DNA from: Octopus sinensis
Taxonomy: Eukaryota
DNA length: 64,000 nucleotides
Assembly (NCBI RefSeq): GCF_006345805.1
Contig: NC_043013.1
Location: 17,298,001 to 17,362,000 of the forward strand
Direction: 5' to 3'
Part shown: in pieces, positions 49,604 through 63,299 of the stretch
Layout: each line of letters starts with the position of its first letter
How positions within the stretch are numbered: position 1 is the first letter of the stretch
The notes under the pieces: model-generated
The model's input: only the letters and a program-made list of their open reading frames with translations
The model's database searches: none
Told to the model about the DNA's origin: nothing
Translations under genes and position numbers: made by a program

Positions 49604-50574
49604 AAATATATCTAGCCCTCTAACTCACCAGATTTGAATCTGTGTGATTTTTGGAAGGAAGGAATAGTTAAGGCATGTGCATCATTTCGTAAATGGATTG
49701 AACTGGTAAAGCAAATGGCAGTCACACTGAACTGAACTGAAGTGCTAAACACTCCACAATATATTGGCATAAACGCAAAATTTGCAGTGTTTGATTTTTT
49801 GCTGAGTTATACCAATTACAAAGAAAATTTTTTGATGATCCCAATTAACCTGTTACACCCTGTATACACACACACACATTCATACATACAAAGAAGTAGT
49901 GAGGTAGATAAACATATATAGGCTTGAGATGTATACTTACATAGAACACAAAAAATGCCCCAAACGATAACAAAATAACAGAAGAATTATGTAAAGTCTT
50001 ATATATACGACAGGCTTCTTTCAGTTTCCGTCTACCAAATCCACTCACAAGGCTTTGGTCGGCTCAAAGCTATAGTGGAAGACACTTGCCCATGGTGCCA
50101 CGCAGTGGGACTGAACCCATAACCATGTGGTTGGTAAGCAAGCTACTTAACACACAGCCACTCCTGCGCCTATATTATGTAACAAAAAATGCTTAACATC
50201 AATTCATCTGCCTTTATGATCAAATTCTGCCAAGGTCAACTTTGCCTTTCATCCTTTTGAGGTCAGTCAAATAGGTGCCATTTGAGCATGGGTGTTGATG
50301 TAATTGACAAGCCCCCACCTCTCAAATTGATGACCTCTAGTAAAAAAAATATTATGTTACTACTTACGGAAACATGTTCATACACCTATGATTGTTTGTT
50401 CACTTGCCTTTCTTTTTATGCATTATTCTGTGCTGTACATGCACTTTTGGTGACCTTTTCTGATGCATAGTGCCTAGCACTATGCAATAAGTTCATTAAT
50501 TATTTTTTCTACCTCTCTTTATACATACATTTATACACACATAAAATTCGACTGTTCCCTTCATCTATTACTTT

Positions 50575-51050
50575 TCAAAACCCCATTTTAAAATGTGGGA
50601 AACAGCTGTGCATGATCAGCTGGAAAGGAGTAGGAAGAAATTCCATACAGTGTACCTGGCTGAAGAGGTGTAGAGGGGTGAGGCCAGAGATGGGTGAGCA
50701 GGAAAGGTAAACTCCATATGCGGCAGGTAAACTGGGGCAATAAGTATGAAGAATGCACAAGGGAAATAGAGTTTCTCAAATGCTAGGAAGTCTCCCTAGT
50801 TGTTGATAATTTCTGTTACATAAGTGACCTAATTAGCTGTTGGTGTAGGTGTTCTGAAAATATACTGGAGAGAGAGCGTTAGATATTGATAATTAGTTAC
50901 CTGAGCATGAGGGAGAGCTGGTTAGAAGTGTATAATGGTAATGCTTGCCGTAAAGACAAGGTGTGAGTGACGGATAGTGAAGACAGTAAGAGAGTGCTGG
51001 GTTTTAAATACAGGAGTGACCTGGGGAAGAGAGAGTGGTGGCCAGCTGTT
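50575..51050 (+). pseudogene. Decayed RTE RT fragment
   Basis: KGVGRNSIQCT..KRC..CGR..VVDNFCY, homologous to 37430-37700. Confidence 0.65.
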
Positions 51051-54000
51051 CCGGAAGTTGGAAACAGCAAATTGGCAGAGTTGTTCAAGTGTTGGATATA
51101 ACAGCTCACAGTATTTGTTTTGACTTACTGAGTTCAATTCCTGCTAAGGTAATTTTTGCCTTTCATCCTTTTGGAGTTGATAAAATAAGAATATTAATTT
51201 GGAATGGTGAACTGGCAGACTTGTTTGAAGATTGGGGGAAATGTCTTGTGGTATCTATTCCAGCTCTGTGTTCTGACAGCAGTGCTTGAAACAACACTGG
51301 TGCCAAGTTATGCTGGTTCAAGTTGACAGGTTTTCTTTTGGATAAACTTTAATGGTGTTGAAAAGAAAAGCTTGCCTGCAAGGGTAACAACCAGTCTTCC
51401 TCAAAAACTTTTACTAAGATCAGTACATAGATGGGCAGAGGGATGATCAACATTGACTGACAGAGGTCCAACCAGAAATTAAATAGCTTGTATGTGGGTC
51501 GGGGATATCAGATATTGATGTAATGCAGTCCTTCATAAGTCGGGCACCACCATGGTAAAGAGTGGTTTGATTGTAATAAGTAGCAGTTAAACCTAACTAA
51601 AATCAAAATCCTGCCTTAAACAGTTAAAAATGTATTGGATAATTTATTCTTACATACCCTAAAGAAGATAGGTTAGTCATGGCTCGAATATATTTGATCA
51701 TAGTTTTGTTCAACTGAAGTTGACCCAGGGCTAAACAACATCAACATCAATGTTACTACTGTTGCTAAAAAATAATGTGTGGGTGTATGTATGTGTGATA
51801 GCTAGAACAAGTGTTTTTTTTTTTTACTAAAGTCTTATGTCAGCCCATTCCTTGTGGCTTCAAGAGAAGTATGAGTGGTAGGAGAAGGGATTGCATATGA
51901 ACAGATCTGAATGTTTCCCTCATTACACAGGTGGCTTGGTACAAGGAGCAGAATAAAAGTGTGATAGACAGGTGAAAGGGTATCAAATAGAGGAGGGGCA
52001 GATGGAGACTTAGTTGATTCAAAACGAACAAGCGACTTAGAGGTAGATTTATATTGTGTGTGCATGTGCATGTATGTGTATGTATTCATGTGTACATGCT
52101 TGTGTTTGCACTTGTGAGTATGTGTATGTCAGTGTGTGTATGTGGGTGTATATGAAAGTGTTAGTGTAGATCTGTGTTTCTGCTGAGACCAGTCTAAAAA
52201 CCCATGTTTACGTAGTGTGATATTTTATATTCTTTAATTTAGCATTTTGATAAATTAGAGATCAGTAAAATTAGTACTAGACTGAAGTATTGAGGGTTGA
52301 TGTGATTGGCTAAATTTGTGAAGGAAGTGTCCCAGCATGGCCACAGTCCAATGACTGAAACATGTAAAAGTATACAGTATGTGTGTATGTATATATATAT
52401 ATATATATAGCGAGAGAAAGAGACATAGAGATGCATATGTATGTTTACACACACACACACACACACACATATACATACATATAAGCATATATACACACTG
52501 GCATAACCACGGGTAAATGTACAAGGTACAGAGTGTGTGTGCTGGGAGGAGTTTGTTTTGTAGGTTTTTAATATTTGCATACAACTTCTAAGGGGATGTT
52601 TTCATGGTTGAATAATCTACGAATCCTATTCACTGAGCCATGAAGTGTGAGTGGCGCACCTTTTCCAGCAAGGCACATCAAAGTAAGAAGAACCTTATTA
52701 GAACAATTTTGGAAAATATTACTCTGTTCATGGGGCATGTCATGTGCTGAGAGTTCTGGCATTTTGGCCAATGTGAGAAATATATGTGTTTGTTGAAAGG
52801 CTGAACGAAGTTGATTATTCCGTCAAGAGGAACTTGTCCTAACTTCAATCACAGTTTAAATAATCATCATCATCATCATTATTTAATATCCATGTTTCTT
52901 GCTGTCATAGTTTGGATAATTTGACAGGATCCGGTAAACCCAAGGACTGCCTTGTGCTCCAGTGTCTACTTTAGCATGGTCACTAAAACTTGATGCCCTT
53001 CCTAATACCAGCCACTTTCTAATGTATACTGGTGTTATTCCCATGCCACCAACACTTGTGAGGTTGAGGTTGCCCTGCAGCTTACAATACTATTGAGAGA
53101 GGGTGGCTTTATGCTAGATGAAGGATTGAAGTTTGAAGAAAAAGGCCAGAGTAGAACAGGTTTCTTGCTGTAAAGAGGAGAGACATGGTGACTGAAAATG
53201 TAAAATATATAAATAAAAAATAACAGTAAGATAAGATGGTTTCAATTCCTAAACCAGGTGACACAGTGTTCTTGAGCAAGACACTTCCTTGCTTATTCTA
53301 GTCCCTTCAGCCACAAATGAGTCACAGCAATAGCTGAGGGTTAACCCTGCAATGTACTGTTGTACTGCTTTGTGGAGTAGAGTGTATTGTACTCTCGTTT
53401 GCTTATACACCATGGGACAAGATGAGATAAACACCAGCTTAACGAGCCTCTAGGCTCACAACAAATACGGAGTCTATGACTAGGACCCCAAGTTACTTTG
53501 TAAGATATGAAGATATTTTGGCAATTGCTACACACACACACATTCATACATATATATGTGAGCGTATGTGTATATATTTAATGCATATAGAGTGCAAATG
53601 TATGCATATCATATATTGTGTGTGTGTGTATACACATCCACATTATTTAGTACATGTACCAGAAATAGGTTTTGCAGGTTTTAAATATTTACATAATAAT
53701 TGTTTGAGTATGTTTTCACAGTTGACTGCTCTGATCTACAGCTGACCCAGTCAACCGTATGCTGACACAGCCAGTGAGAAAACTTTTATGCAGCAGAGTC
53801 TAGCTCTGTTTGAAACAGTTACAAAATCTCCTTTCACATAGTCCAAGGAAAAGTGTTTAAAATGGGCTAGTCCCTACCAACCGCCAGCAGAGAGGTTCTA
53901 CGTTGTTATTTAACATGCTTGGGATGGCAGCTAAATCTCTTACAGTGTACCAACCAGTTTCCATCTTTAAAATGAGATGGGATAGGCGGTGTATTAGACT

Positions 54001-54182
54001 TGTTAAGCTGTGGTATAATATGTGTATGTGTTGTGTTGTGTGTGTGTATATATATATATGTATTAATATATGTGTGTATTTTTTATTAATATTTAGTAGA
54101 AGCAACTGAGGGGCTAAGAGTTTTGTGCATTAGCAGTTACATTAGCATCTTTATATGTGTTTATACATACATACATACATAC

Positions 54183-54233
<51 letters not shown>

Positions 54234-54237
54234 TATA

Positions 54238-55843
54238 CAGTTGCGGCCAAAATGTTCAGAACGGCATTGTTTTCGTCAGAAAAGTAGGTATAAGTTTTTA
54301 TCAAAGTTGTTTTATATTCTACAATAAATACGATATTAATTGGTATTGTCTGAGATTTTGGTGTAATTTGAGTGGATAATACAAAAGTTATGGATGATAT
54401 AGTGATTTACTGCAAAACCTATGGCGGCCAAAATGATCAGAACAGTTGAAAAAATAACAAAATAATCAAAAAGTGACAGAGAATGCTGGAATTATTTCAT
54501 ATTTAGTATGAAGCCCCTTAGCTTCAATCAAAGTTTGACATTTTTGACTGCATGGGGAAATTAAATTTTCAATTTCTTGCTGGGTGATCTTATTCCATTC
54601 TTCCTAAAGGGCATTCCATAATTGCTCGGTTGTTTTAGGATTTCTGGCTTTCAAACGTTCTGCTAGAATATTCCACACATTTTCAATAGGATTGAGGTCT
54701 GGGCTTTGAGCAGGCCAATCCATAACAATAACCTTTTCAGCCTTGAGGAAGTTCATGACCACCTTAGCCTTGTGACATGGGGCATTGTCCTGCATGAATA
54801 TGGGTGGTCGCTTAGTTGAATTTCTCAGCACAGGCTTTTACAAGTTGTTTATAAACTCCTGCATTTACCTTTCCATGTAATCGCAGCAAAGGGCCAACAA
54901 CATCTCCAGATATCATCCCCCAAACCATGACACTTCCTTCACTGAATTTAACACTAGTCTTAAGGCATTTAGGTGACAATTTTTCACCTGCTTTTCGACA
55001 AATGTACCTTTTCCCATCTGAGCCAAATAACATAGACTTAGATTCATCACTGAAATGCACCGTTTGCCATTTTTCTTGAGACCACAACACATGTTCAGTT
55101 GCAAAGGTAAGACGACACTTTTTATTCTTGGAGCTGATCAGTGGCTTCACTGCAGGTGCTCTTGCTTGTAGGTCATGTTCAACTAAAGGACGAGACACAG
55201 TTTTTCAAGATAAAGTTTTCTTCAGTACAATGCTCATTTCCCGAGAAACAGCAGCAGCAGTTTTAAATCTATCCTTTTTAACCAACTTTACCATAGCACG
55301 ATCTTCTCTCTTGGTCGTTTTTCTTGGCCTACCTGTAGACTTTCTTGCTTCACATGAACCACAATCATCGTAGACCTTAAGAATACCGTGAACAACACTT
55401 TTTGACTTGTTAACAATCTTTGCAATAGACCTAATACTTAAATTATCCTTCTTTCGAAGCTTAATAATCTGCTGATGAATTGGTAATGAAGTAAGTGGCA
55501 TTATATTAACAAAGTACACTGCAGATATTCTTACTAATGTTTAGTAAACAAACTGTCATGTAAACAAATTCAAAACATTAGAGTTCGACGGTTAAATATA
55601 CTTAAACATGGAGTAAAAGCAACCGTTCTGATCATTTTGGCCGCCATGGAATTTGCAGTAAATCACTATATCATCCATAACTTTTTTATTATCCTCTCAA
55701 ATTACACCAAAATCTCAGGCAATAACAAATAATATCGTATTCATTGTCTGTGAAAATTATAGAATATAAAACAACTTTGATAAAAACTTATACCTACTTT
55801 TCTGACGAAAACAATGCCGTTCTGAACATTTTTGCCGCAACTG
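54238..55843 (-). mobile_element. Tc1 (DD34E) transposon with long IR/DR terminal repeats, inserted in (TA)n
   Basis: TA at 54236-54237 and 55844-55845. TIRs at 54238-54448 and 55620-55843, each with outer and inner GCGGCCAAAATG(T/A)TCAGAAC repeats. Confidence 0.96.
54496..55501 (-). pseudogene. Tc1 transposase, disrupted by two nonsense codons, one frameshift and loss of the expected stop
   Basis: GRPRKTT, FSDESK, VMVWG, FMQDNAPCH, WPAQSPDLNPIENVW and HTKY. There are exactly 34 residues between the second D and the E. Confidence 0.95.
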
Positions 55844-55869
55844 TATATATATATGTATATATATATATA

Positions 55870-56031
55870 CTTTATTTAGATTCTAGCAAAAACTGTCCGA
55901 TGAACGGCAACGGAAAACTCAGAGTAACAGGTTTTGTTGAATTTTCTGCTGCTTTTAATAAAGCATATTACTCTACCACTGGTATTTGAGTACTCTTTTT
56001 TCCACCTTGTTTCACATTTATGTGTTTACTC

Positions 56032-56034
<3 letters not shown>
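55870..56034 (+). mobile_element. Family-P2 Penelope-type pLTR remnant with degenerate hammerhead, flanked by (TA)n on both sides
   Basis: aaaCTGT-CCGATGA-ACGgcaaCGG-AAAACtcagaGTA-ACAGgttt is homologous to 46706-46750, with TG>GA at the stem II/G12 junction. Confidence 0.65.
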
Positions 56035-56118
<84 letters not shown>

Positions 56119-56409
56119 TATGTGTATGTGTGTGTATAGCATGTCTGTCCCACTGACATTAGGTAACATGCTTTCCATGTCACGGACCTGCTCAAGCAGA
56201 GAATAGCAACAATAAAAACAACCATAATGTGAGAAACCTATTTCCAATAGAGAGACACTGAATAACTATGAACAGTGTACACTTTAAGCAAAGCAATAAA
56301 CACGGAAAATATGTTGGGTTTGTGTAATTGTGTATATGAGAGAAGAGAGAGAGAAACTCAGTACATATGTGTGTATGGTATATATATGTTTATATATATA
56401 TATATATAT

Positions 56410-56660
56410 CATCATCATCGTTTAACGTCCGTTTTCCATGCTAGCATGGGTTGGACGGTTCGACTGGGGTCTGGGAAGCCAGGAAGCTGCACCAGGCTCC
56501 AGTCTGATCTGGCAATGTTTCTACAGCTGGATGCCCTTCCTAATGCCAACCACTCCGTGAGTATAGTGGGTGCTTTATATGTGTCACCAGCACAGGTGCC
56601 AGGGGAGGCTGGCAATGGCCATGATTGGTTGGTGCTTTTTACGTGCCACTGGCACAGGTA
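56410..56660 (-). mobile_element. RTE 3' UTR tail
   Basis: CATCATCATCGTTTAACGTCC...CTACAGCTGGATGCCCTTCCTAATGCCAACC. Similar copies at about 11220, 36000, 57780 and 61960. Confidence 0.85.
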
Positions 56661-58048
56661 TCACAACAATAATTTCCATTTGATTTTTTAATGTTGATGT
56701 ACTTGACTTAATAGGTCTTCTCAAGCACAGTGTGTGTATATATATATATCATCATCATCATCATCCTTTAACATCCACTTTCCATGCTATATATATAAGA
56801 GTGTATAACGATTTATACACAGAGAGAAGACCCTTGATAGGATTTCTTGCATGCTAAAAGGGGCAGTTAAACTCAAACCACAAAAAAATAGTTCTTTTGG
56901 CACGCTGTTAATTGCACTAGAGTGAACAAAATAGAAAATTAGTTAATCCCAATGTTTATATATATAAGTGTGTGTGTGTATACACACACACACATATATA
57001 TATATATACACATATACATGTAATTATATATTTCATTTATGTATATAAATTAGCAATAAACCCAAAAGTGTATAATTTATTATGGTATCTATTAAAACAA
57101 AAGCAAAAGTCTGTCTGTCTGGGACCCCTGTATCTCAGTCTACATTTGCTCTGCACAGACATATTATCCCTTTCTTGAATCAGAATTATCCTAGGTTCGA
57201 AAGTCTGCCCTTCACTTGCTTCTTGAACATCCAGTTTGGGATCTGATTTAACCACCTTGGTTGGTGTTTGTTAGATGATATCAGAGGGAGATAAATGGTA
57301 TTTACTTCATTAATTTTACATAAGAACTTTGGGACAAATTGGCCAACAGTTGGAATTCAACTTGGGACTGGAACAATAGAACGATTGCATTACAGAATTT
57401 ATTCTCATCAGTCCTTGATCTCTGATCAAACACCACCGGGGCATATAATCATTATAGACGTATTACAGTCATGTTATTTAGCTCTCTTTAGTTTGGGGTT
57501 GCAGACTCAATTTGTCCTATGCAGGAGCTAGTTTAGGAGTCCACATAGAGTGTGGTTTTTAAGCTAGTTTACAATACAGAGCCACAGGCATGCCTATGGG
57601 CTTAAGTAGTTTGCTTCCAAACCTCATAGTTTTGACTTCAGTCTCACTATGCTGGTCTGTGGGCAAGCGTCTTCTATAGCTTTGGATTGATCAAAGCCCC
57701 GTAAGTGAATTTGTTTCACAGAAAATGAAAAAAAGCCCATTGTATATTATATATATATATATATGTATATATAGGTACATCATCATCATTTAACGTCTGT
57801 TTCCCATGCTGCATGAGTTGGACAATTTGACCGGAGTTAGCCAGCCAGGAAGCTGTCCAGACTCCAATTGTCTACTGGATGGTTTCAATCACTGGGTGCC
57901 CTTCTAATGCCAACTACTTTAAGGGTGTGCTGGGTGCTTTTTATGTGGCACCAGCACAAGTGCATTTTACATCACACTAGCACCAGCAAAGGACATGCAC
58001 CTCCAATACACACACACATGCATATACATATACACATATATCATTATC

Positions 58049-58282
58049 TATTTCTTTACTACCCAGAAGGGGCTAAACACAGAAGGGACAAACAAGGACA
58101 GACAAACAGATTAAGTCGATTATATCGACCCCTGTGCATAACTTGTACTTATTTAATCGACTCCAAAAGGATGAAAGACAAAGTCGACCTCGGCGGAATT
58201 TGAACTCAGAACGTAGGCAGACAAAATACCACAAAGCATTTCACCCGGCGTGCTTACAGTTCTGCCAGCTCGCCACCTTAAA
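58049..58282 (-). mobile_element. Family-A SINE with 13-bp TSD
   Basis: ATATATCATTATC at 58036-58048 and 58283-58295. Confidence 0.92.
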
Positions 58283-58454
58283 ATATATCATTATCATTGT
58301 CATCCTTGCCATTGTTTTAACACTCACTTTTCCATGAGTCAGACAGAATTCTTTGAAGCAGAATTCTTTACTGCTAGTTGCTTATCCTGTTGTCAAACTT
58401 CACTCAATTTCAAGTTACACAATATTTCTTCATAGTTTGACTGGTTAGAAAGGA

Positions 58455-58935
58455 AGATATGCATAAGATCTGGTCATCAAATCTAAGTAGAGATTTCAAA
58501 CTTAAAATCTTCAAAGCCACAGTCGAACCAATTCTACTATATGGCTCAGAAACCTGGACGTTATCAAAGAAGCTTGAGAAGCGGTTGGATGGAACTTACA
58601 CTCGCCTCCTTATGAGAGCTCAAAAACTCTCATGGAGCATCATCCAACCAAAGTACACATATATGGGAAATTACCATCTGTATCATCTCTTGTGAAAGGT
58701 AGAAGAGTCCAGTTTGCTGGACATTGTTGTAGAGCTGAAAACGAGGTAATTTCTACTCTGCTCCTCTGGAAGCCATCTGCTCGCGATACCAGAGGGCACA
58801 CACTCTCCTACCCTGATGTAAGCTCCAGGGATACAGGCATCCAGCAACGGGACCTCCGTAATGCTATGATGGACCGTTAAGTCTGGCGTAACATAGTAAA
58901 TTCCATTGTCTCGACCACGGTGAGACAATGATGAT
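58455..58935 (+). pseudogene. RTE/RTEX-type LINE C-terminal fragment (third family) with (TGA)n tail
   Basis: KLKIFKATVEPILLYGSETW...RRVQFAGHCCR...LLLWKP...RDTG...AMMDR; one frameshift. Confidence 0.88.
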
Positions 58936-60417
58936 GAAGGAAGGACATTATTTGTTTGGTAGTAATGCTTGTTCCTATCCATTACATGATGTCAAGATGT
59001 GGAAACACGCACATATACTCACATGAGCATACTTATCTCTTACTTGTTTCAATCATTAGACTGTGGCCATGCTGGTGCACCACCTTGAAGAATTTTAGTC
59101 AAATGAATTGATTCTGGTACTTATTCCATTGGTCTATTGCTGAACTGCTCAGTCACGGGGACGGAATTACAACAATGTCAGTTGTCAGGTGATGATGGGG
59201 GACAAACACAAACACACACATATATAGATATATAAATATATTCAGCGGGCTTCTTTCAGTTTCTGCCTGTCAATTCCACTTACAGGGCTTAGGTTGGCCC
59301 AAGGATTTAGTTGAAGACACTTGGCCATGGTGTCATGCAGTGGGACTGTACCTAGAACCATGTAGTTGGGAAACAAGCTTCTTACCACATAGACATGCCT
59401 GTGCCTATACACACACACAACAGACTTCTTTTCAGTTTCCATCTACTAAATCCAGTCAAGGCTTTGGTTGGCCCAGGGCTATAATAGAAGACACTTGTCC
59501 AAAGTGCAGCACTGACCAAAGACAGTGGATTGGCATAATTGTTGGGGTGCTGGATTAGGTGCCTTGTGGTACATGCTCCAGTTCTTTGCATTCTGAATTC
59601 TTGGATGATAGATTAACTGTAATTCATGATATATAAACTGCACATTACCCCAATCACTCCAGGCCCTATATGCGAAGTCGAGTCTCCCATAAGCTCTAAT
59701 TCCCTGCATTAAATTTTTTAAAATCTAAATGCGTTGCTGAAATTGAGATGCATCTTATATGTCCTCGCATCTTTTATACCATCAAATACAGCAATCCCTA
59801 TCATTTGTGTAGCCTGGTTTCAAATTTTGGTGGAATCTGAACGTGAAAGGAGGACGAAATGCTGATACGCATTTTGACTCGCGTGCTAACAAATTCTGCC
59901 AGCTCGCAGCCTTACAACATTCTAATAGTGAAATTCTGTCATCAGCTATTTTGATTAATAAAATAAATCAAGTATAATTGTACACAATTATTTGGCGGAC
60001 AAATCATGATACTCACTTTCATTTTTATCTATATATCAAATTGTATACTATACAAAATAAACAATGAATGTAACAGTCTCAAATGATGACTATTCTAGTC
60101 ATCCATAACATACAAAGGGGAATTACTTTGACATTACTAAAGGGGAAAATATCTAAGAATTTTTGTACCACATCTCAATTCACTGAAATTATCCATGTAA
60201 TTAGCCGACAAATATTCACTCTAAAAGCAAAATGCATATTATGAGAGAAATATATATACATCCCATTTATGATTATCTAATAAATTGTCTGAGTTCTGAT
60301 CGAAGCCCGTCACACCGGAAGGAGGGGAGAATAAAAAATTAAAATTGAGAAAAAGATGTGTTCTATGAAACATCGTAAACTTCAAGGTTCAAAACGGAGA
60401 AATTTCAACTTCTAGCT

Positions 60418-61040
60418 AAATTTTTATTATTTTTTTTTATATATGTAGGGTGGGGGGAAAGGGGATGTTTTGAAGTCGACGTACAAGCGAAAGAGACAGA
60501 GAGAGAGCGCGATTGGAGCAGGGAAGTTCTTTCGAAGTTGGTGTGCCGTGTGTGCGTGTTTGTGTGTGTGTTTGATGGGATGTGCGAGACAGAAAATGTG
60601 GTGTGTCTGTAAAGTTCTTTTGTTAGTGTGTGTGAGAGAGAGAGAGACAGAGAGTTTATGTATGTATGTGTGTGTCACTGAAGCCATTCATACATACATA
60701 CCCTAGCTCTCTTATTCAATGTCAATCACTCACACATTCACTCACTACAAAAAGTGAATAAAAAAATTTTCAGTTATATCTCTTTCTCTCTCATACACAC
60801 ATACCAGCACCATTGCTCTCTCTGTCTTTTCACACACACTAACAAAAGTACTTCACATACACATCACACTCTCTGTCTCGCACACTCCATCAACACACAC
60901 ACACAGACACGGCATGCCAATTTCAAAACAACTTCCCTGATCCAATCGCGCTTTGTCAGTCACTTTCGCTTTAACGCAGACTTCATAAGACCCCCCCCCC
61001 TTCCCCCTATCTCACATATATAAAAAATAAATAAAAATTT
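60418..61040. repeat. Large imperfect inverted repeat (fold-back) with about 250-bp arms
   Basis: 60418-~60672 is the reverse complement of ~60792-61040, e.g. GCGCGATTGG.CAGGGAAGTT vs AACTTCCCTG.TCCAATCGCGC, and CTTTTGTTAGTGTGTGTGA vs TCACACACACTAACAAAAG. Confidence 0.9.
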
Positions 61041-62595
61041 ACGGAAAGTGACGATCTTCTTCAGAAACATAAGCAAATACACGTGCGTTAACAAATGATA
61101 TATACATTGCGCTCATATCGAAAGATCACAATTTTGTCTTTTAGAGGAATCAGTATATAGATACCAAGAAAATGATATTGGGCAGATGCAGAATTACTCG
61201 TCTCCCTCAGAAAAAAATTATCTGACTCTATTTAATTTCTTTTACTTTTCCTTTTTTTTTTCTGTCGTGTTTTGAAAGACAATTACTTGAGTAATAACTA
61301 TGGCTGATGCTCAGAAATGAAGGTAATTTGGTAATATTTACTTTGCTTTCATTAAATATTTTAGGTGCATGTGTAGTTCTTGGTCCTCCTACTCTTTAGC
61401 AAGCAGAACATTGAGAATTTAACTGCGGGAAGGAGAGAGGGTACATGAGACTTTGGCTGGTACTCATTTCAGCTGAATAAGCTGGTGCAACAGGAAAGAT
61501 GCGTCTAATATATGCAACCAGTGGAGTTTTATTTGAGGATTCACTGATCAAAAGATTCACCACAAAATGTTTTATGCCAATGATTTGCTATTACCATCAT
61601 AACTCCTCTCCTTTTATCCATTTTTGTCTCTCTCTCCATGTGTAACTCTCATCCTGTACCTCTCTCTTTTCTAGAGGGACATTTAGGGCGCAGACTGAAA
61701 AAGGAAAAAAAAAAAGAGAAAAACTTTGACATTAAATGAATGTATTTTAAAATTTGTCTTTGATGCAATCACAAAGTTTCTGCTTTCCTACTTTTTGTAA
61801 ATACTGTTCCATTTCAACTACCTGTCTTTTTCTGTTCTCAGACAATAAGGTTGGATTTCAGAAGGATTTGATGAGCATGTCTCAAAATAAATGCTATACA
61901 AACTTTCTTGTGAGATGATTTTGTGGGTGTTTGTTTTGTGGTATTTGAATACCATCGTTGCCGTCATTTAACGCTTGCTTTCCATGCTAGCATGGGTTGG
62001 ATGGTTTGACTGAGTACTGATAAACCAGACGGCTGCACCAGGCTCCAATCTGATCTGGCAATTTTTCAACAGCTGGATGCCCTTCCTAACACCACCACTC
62101 CAGGTGCTTTGTATGTGCCACTGGCATGGGGAATAGTCAGGCAGCACTGGCATTGACCACACTTGAATGGTGCTTTTTAAGTGCCACTTTTTTCCTTTCC
62201 TGAGTCTGTCCACTATTTATTAGCAGTGGATCAGCCCACTTCTCACCTTGGGGCATCCACCACAACACTTGCCCCTTTTTTCTCTTCTTTCGATACAACA
62301 CTATTTTTTTTTCTTCTAACCAGAATTATTTTTCCCTTCTTATTTAGATTTTTTTTGTTCCACACAGAATTGTATTTTTAAAAAAAATGCCGCAGATAAT
62401 ACCAGTCTACATTGTTTACAGGTAGCGCTATTAACATATAGCGATCTGGCTAAAATCCTTTGAACGGACTTATAATTTTTTGTTCCATAGAGAACCATAT
62501 ATTTTTTTGAAAATGCTGCAGGTAGTACCAGTCTACATTGTTTACCAGTAGCGCTATTAACACATAGTAACCTGACTTAAATCCTTTGCATGGCC

Positions 62596-62633
<38 letters not shown>

Positions 62634-63299
62634 GTTTTCTCCACACAGAATTATATATATATATTTTTTTTCCCTCAAAATCTTTTTTTTTTATATATTT
62701 TTCACTGTGTGAAGTTCAAATCCCACTCCAGGATTTTTAACATTTTTTTCACTGTGTGAACTACAAATCCTTGTCACCACTGATATGTCCTGCATTATGA
62801 TGATGTATTTCAGTGTCTGCATATCTGACCTAAACAGCATACCTCACTGACTGACACTACTTACTGAGTTAGTCCACTATTTGTTAGTAGTAGATCAGCC
62901 CACTTTTCATCTGGGGGTGTCTGCCACAACACATATAACGATGAAAAAAATATATATAATGTAAGTATGGATGGTACACAATATTGGTTTTAAATTTTGG
63001 CACAAGGATAGGAATTTTGGAGCAGAGGGTAAGTTGATTACATTGACCCCAGTGTTGAACAGGTACTGATTTTATTGACTCCAGAAAGGATGAAAGGCAA
63101 AGTCAACCTTGGCAGAATTTGAACTCAACTCAGAATGTAAAGATGGATGAAATGTCACTAAGCACTGATTATGCCAAAAACAGTGAAATAAAAGTATATA
63201 TTGTATGCAATATTGATAAAAAGAAATGAAATAATGTATAAATGGTATACAATATTAAAAAATGGATGATGATGATACAGTCCTCCTGATAAAGGAGAA

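Larger units (their letters stand above)
48213..49862 (+). mobile_element. Decayed maT-type (DD37D) Tc1/mariner transposon with two nested insertions
   Basis: TIRs CAGGGTGTGACAGGTAAATTGGGA / TCCCAATTAACCTGTTACACCCTG+TA. Motifs FVDEKKF, Q(G)SAPAH and PSNSPDLNLCD, with 37 residues between the second and third acidic positions after removing the insert. Confidence 0.85.
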
